Part shown: piece by piece, positions 63,138 through 64,000 of the stretch
How positions within the stretch are numbered: the stretch's first letter is position 1
Layout: each line of letters starts with the position of its first letter
Source of the DNA: an uncultured delta proteobacterium
Lineage (GTDB): Bacteria > Myxococcota_A > Polyangia > Polyangiales > Polyangiaceae
NCBI GenBank assembly: GCA_963841435.1
Contig: CAWJCS010000002.1
Location: 544,001-608,000 of the forward strand
Length of the DNA stretch: 64,000 bases
Direction: 5' to 3'
Notes under the pieces: model-generated
The model's database searches: none
Told to the model about the DNA's origin: nothing
What the model saw: the letters and a program-made list of their open reading frames with translations, nothing else
Made by a program: the position numbers and the translations under genes

Positions 63138-64000
63138 CTACTCGAGGCGCTTGACGAGCTCGAGGAACGCAGTGTCCTCACCGCCCGCGGGGCGCTCCGA
63201 GCGCCTTAGCCACTTCGCTCCGCCGCGATTGAGCTCGCAGTGGATGCTCTCGGTGTACTCCTTGAGCGGCTCGACGAGAATCACGCGTCGCGGTGACCGC
63301 CTCGCCGACGCTGCGCAACGCCGTGGCCATGTCGCACTTCGAGTCGGGCAACGACAGCGGCGGCGCCTCGGGGCAGCATCCCGCTCGAACGACGGCGAAG
63401 GCTGCCATGTCGTACCAGCCGATGCGCGAGAAGATCTTCATCGCTTCCGTGGGTGGGCCCTTCGGCGCGCCCGTGACCACCGCGACACGCAGCTTGTCGG
63501 CGCCGGCGCGAGGATCCGTTTCGGAGCACAGCCACTCGAGCTCCGGTGCCTTGCCGAAGGCGCCGTCCGGCAGGTAGCCGGCCATGCACGCGGCAACCTT
63601 GCTACCGAAGTTGGTTGAACGCGGCGGCCATCGCGACATCGCCGACCTTCACCGCGGAAGCGCGCGGGGGTGCCTTGGGCCCTGCCTTCGGAACGGAGAC
63701 GAGCTCGACGCGCTTGGGGCGCAGGAACGAGGCGACGCTACCAGCGAGCAGGCCGAGCCCGATGGCAGCGGCAGCGAACAAGACGAGCCGCCGACCGCGC
63801 GGGGCAGCGGGCGCCATGGTGCTCATCGCGCCCGGCCGCAGACTGCTCGGCGGTCGCACGCTGTGCGGCAACGGCGGGGGTGCCTTGGAATGCGCGCCCT
63901 CCGGGATCGGCTCTTCGCCGGCGTGCTCGACGAACCAGCGCGCGAGCTCTCGGCGCAGCGGTCGGAGGTTCGTTTGCCGCTCGGTCGGGTCCGCCGCGAG
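63138..64000 (-). CDS. 3' part of a membrane-anchored protein with a Cys-containing extracytoplasmic domain (frameshifted, truncated by the window; possibly a Ser/Thr kinase tail)
   Basis: ORFs 63602..63871 (TM) and 63178..63639 plus a third frame ending ...TAFLELVKRLE* join into one plausible gene; no kinase motifs lie inside the window. Confidence 0.45.

Overview
High-GC bacterial DNA whose gene content (expanded ECF sigma cassettes, Gly-rich lipoprotein CAZymes, Cys-rich repeat proteins, TSP3-OmpA protein, CglF/GltF-like peptide, Ser/Thr kinases) points to a myxobacterium of the Polyangiaceae/Sorangium type (inference). About 1-12.8 kb is an accessory region lying off the 3' end of a tRNA-Ser pair. 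It holds a defence-like cluster (a stop-interrupted putative nuclease gene divergent from a C5 cytosine methyltransferase, an EndoIII-like HhH-GPD glycosylase, a stand-alone Mrr N-terminal winged helix, a 795-aa GHKL ATPase and an orphan antitoxin), an IS91/ISCR-type remnant, a GH2 gene and an ECF cassette. The rest is mostly core genome: guaB, a CDF transporter, pspA, jag-yidC-yidD-rnpA-rpmH, rpmG, MCE, sthA, manA and a MoxR/Bat operon, with a second ECF cassette and several CAZymes. Many genes, including the normally essential yidC, are split by small frameshifts, so assembly indel errors are likely and pseudogene calls are provisional. The best leads are the MTase/glycosylase/Mrr_N/GHKL cluster, the repeated barrel-ECF-anti-sigma-lipoprotein cassette with a candidate promoter TGATCA-N17-CATTGTTC, and a tRNA-derived mini-element.
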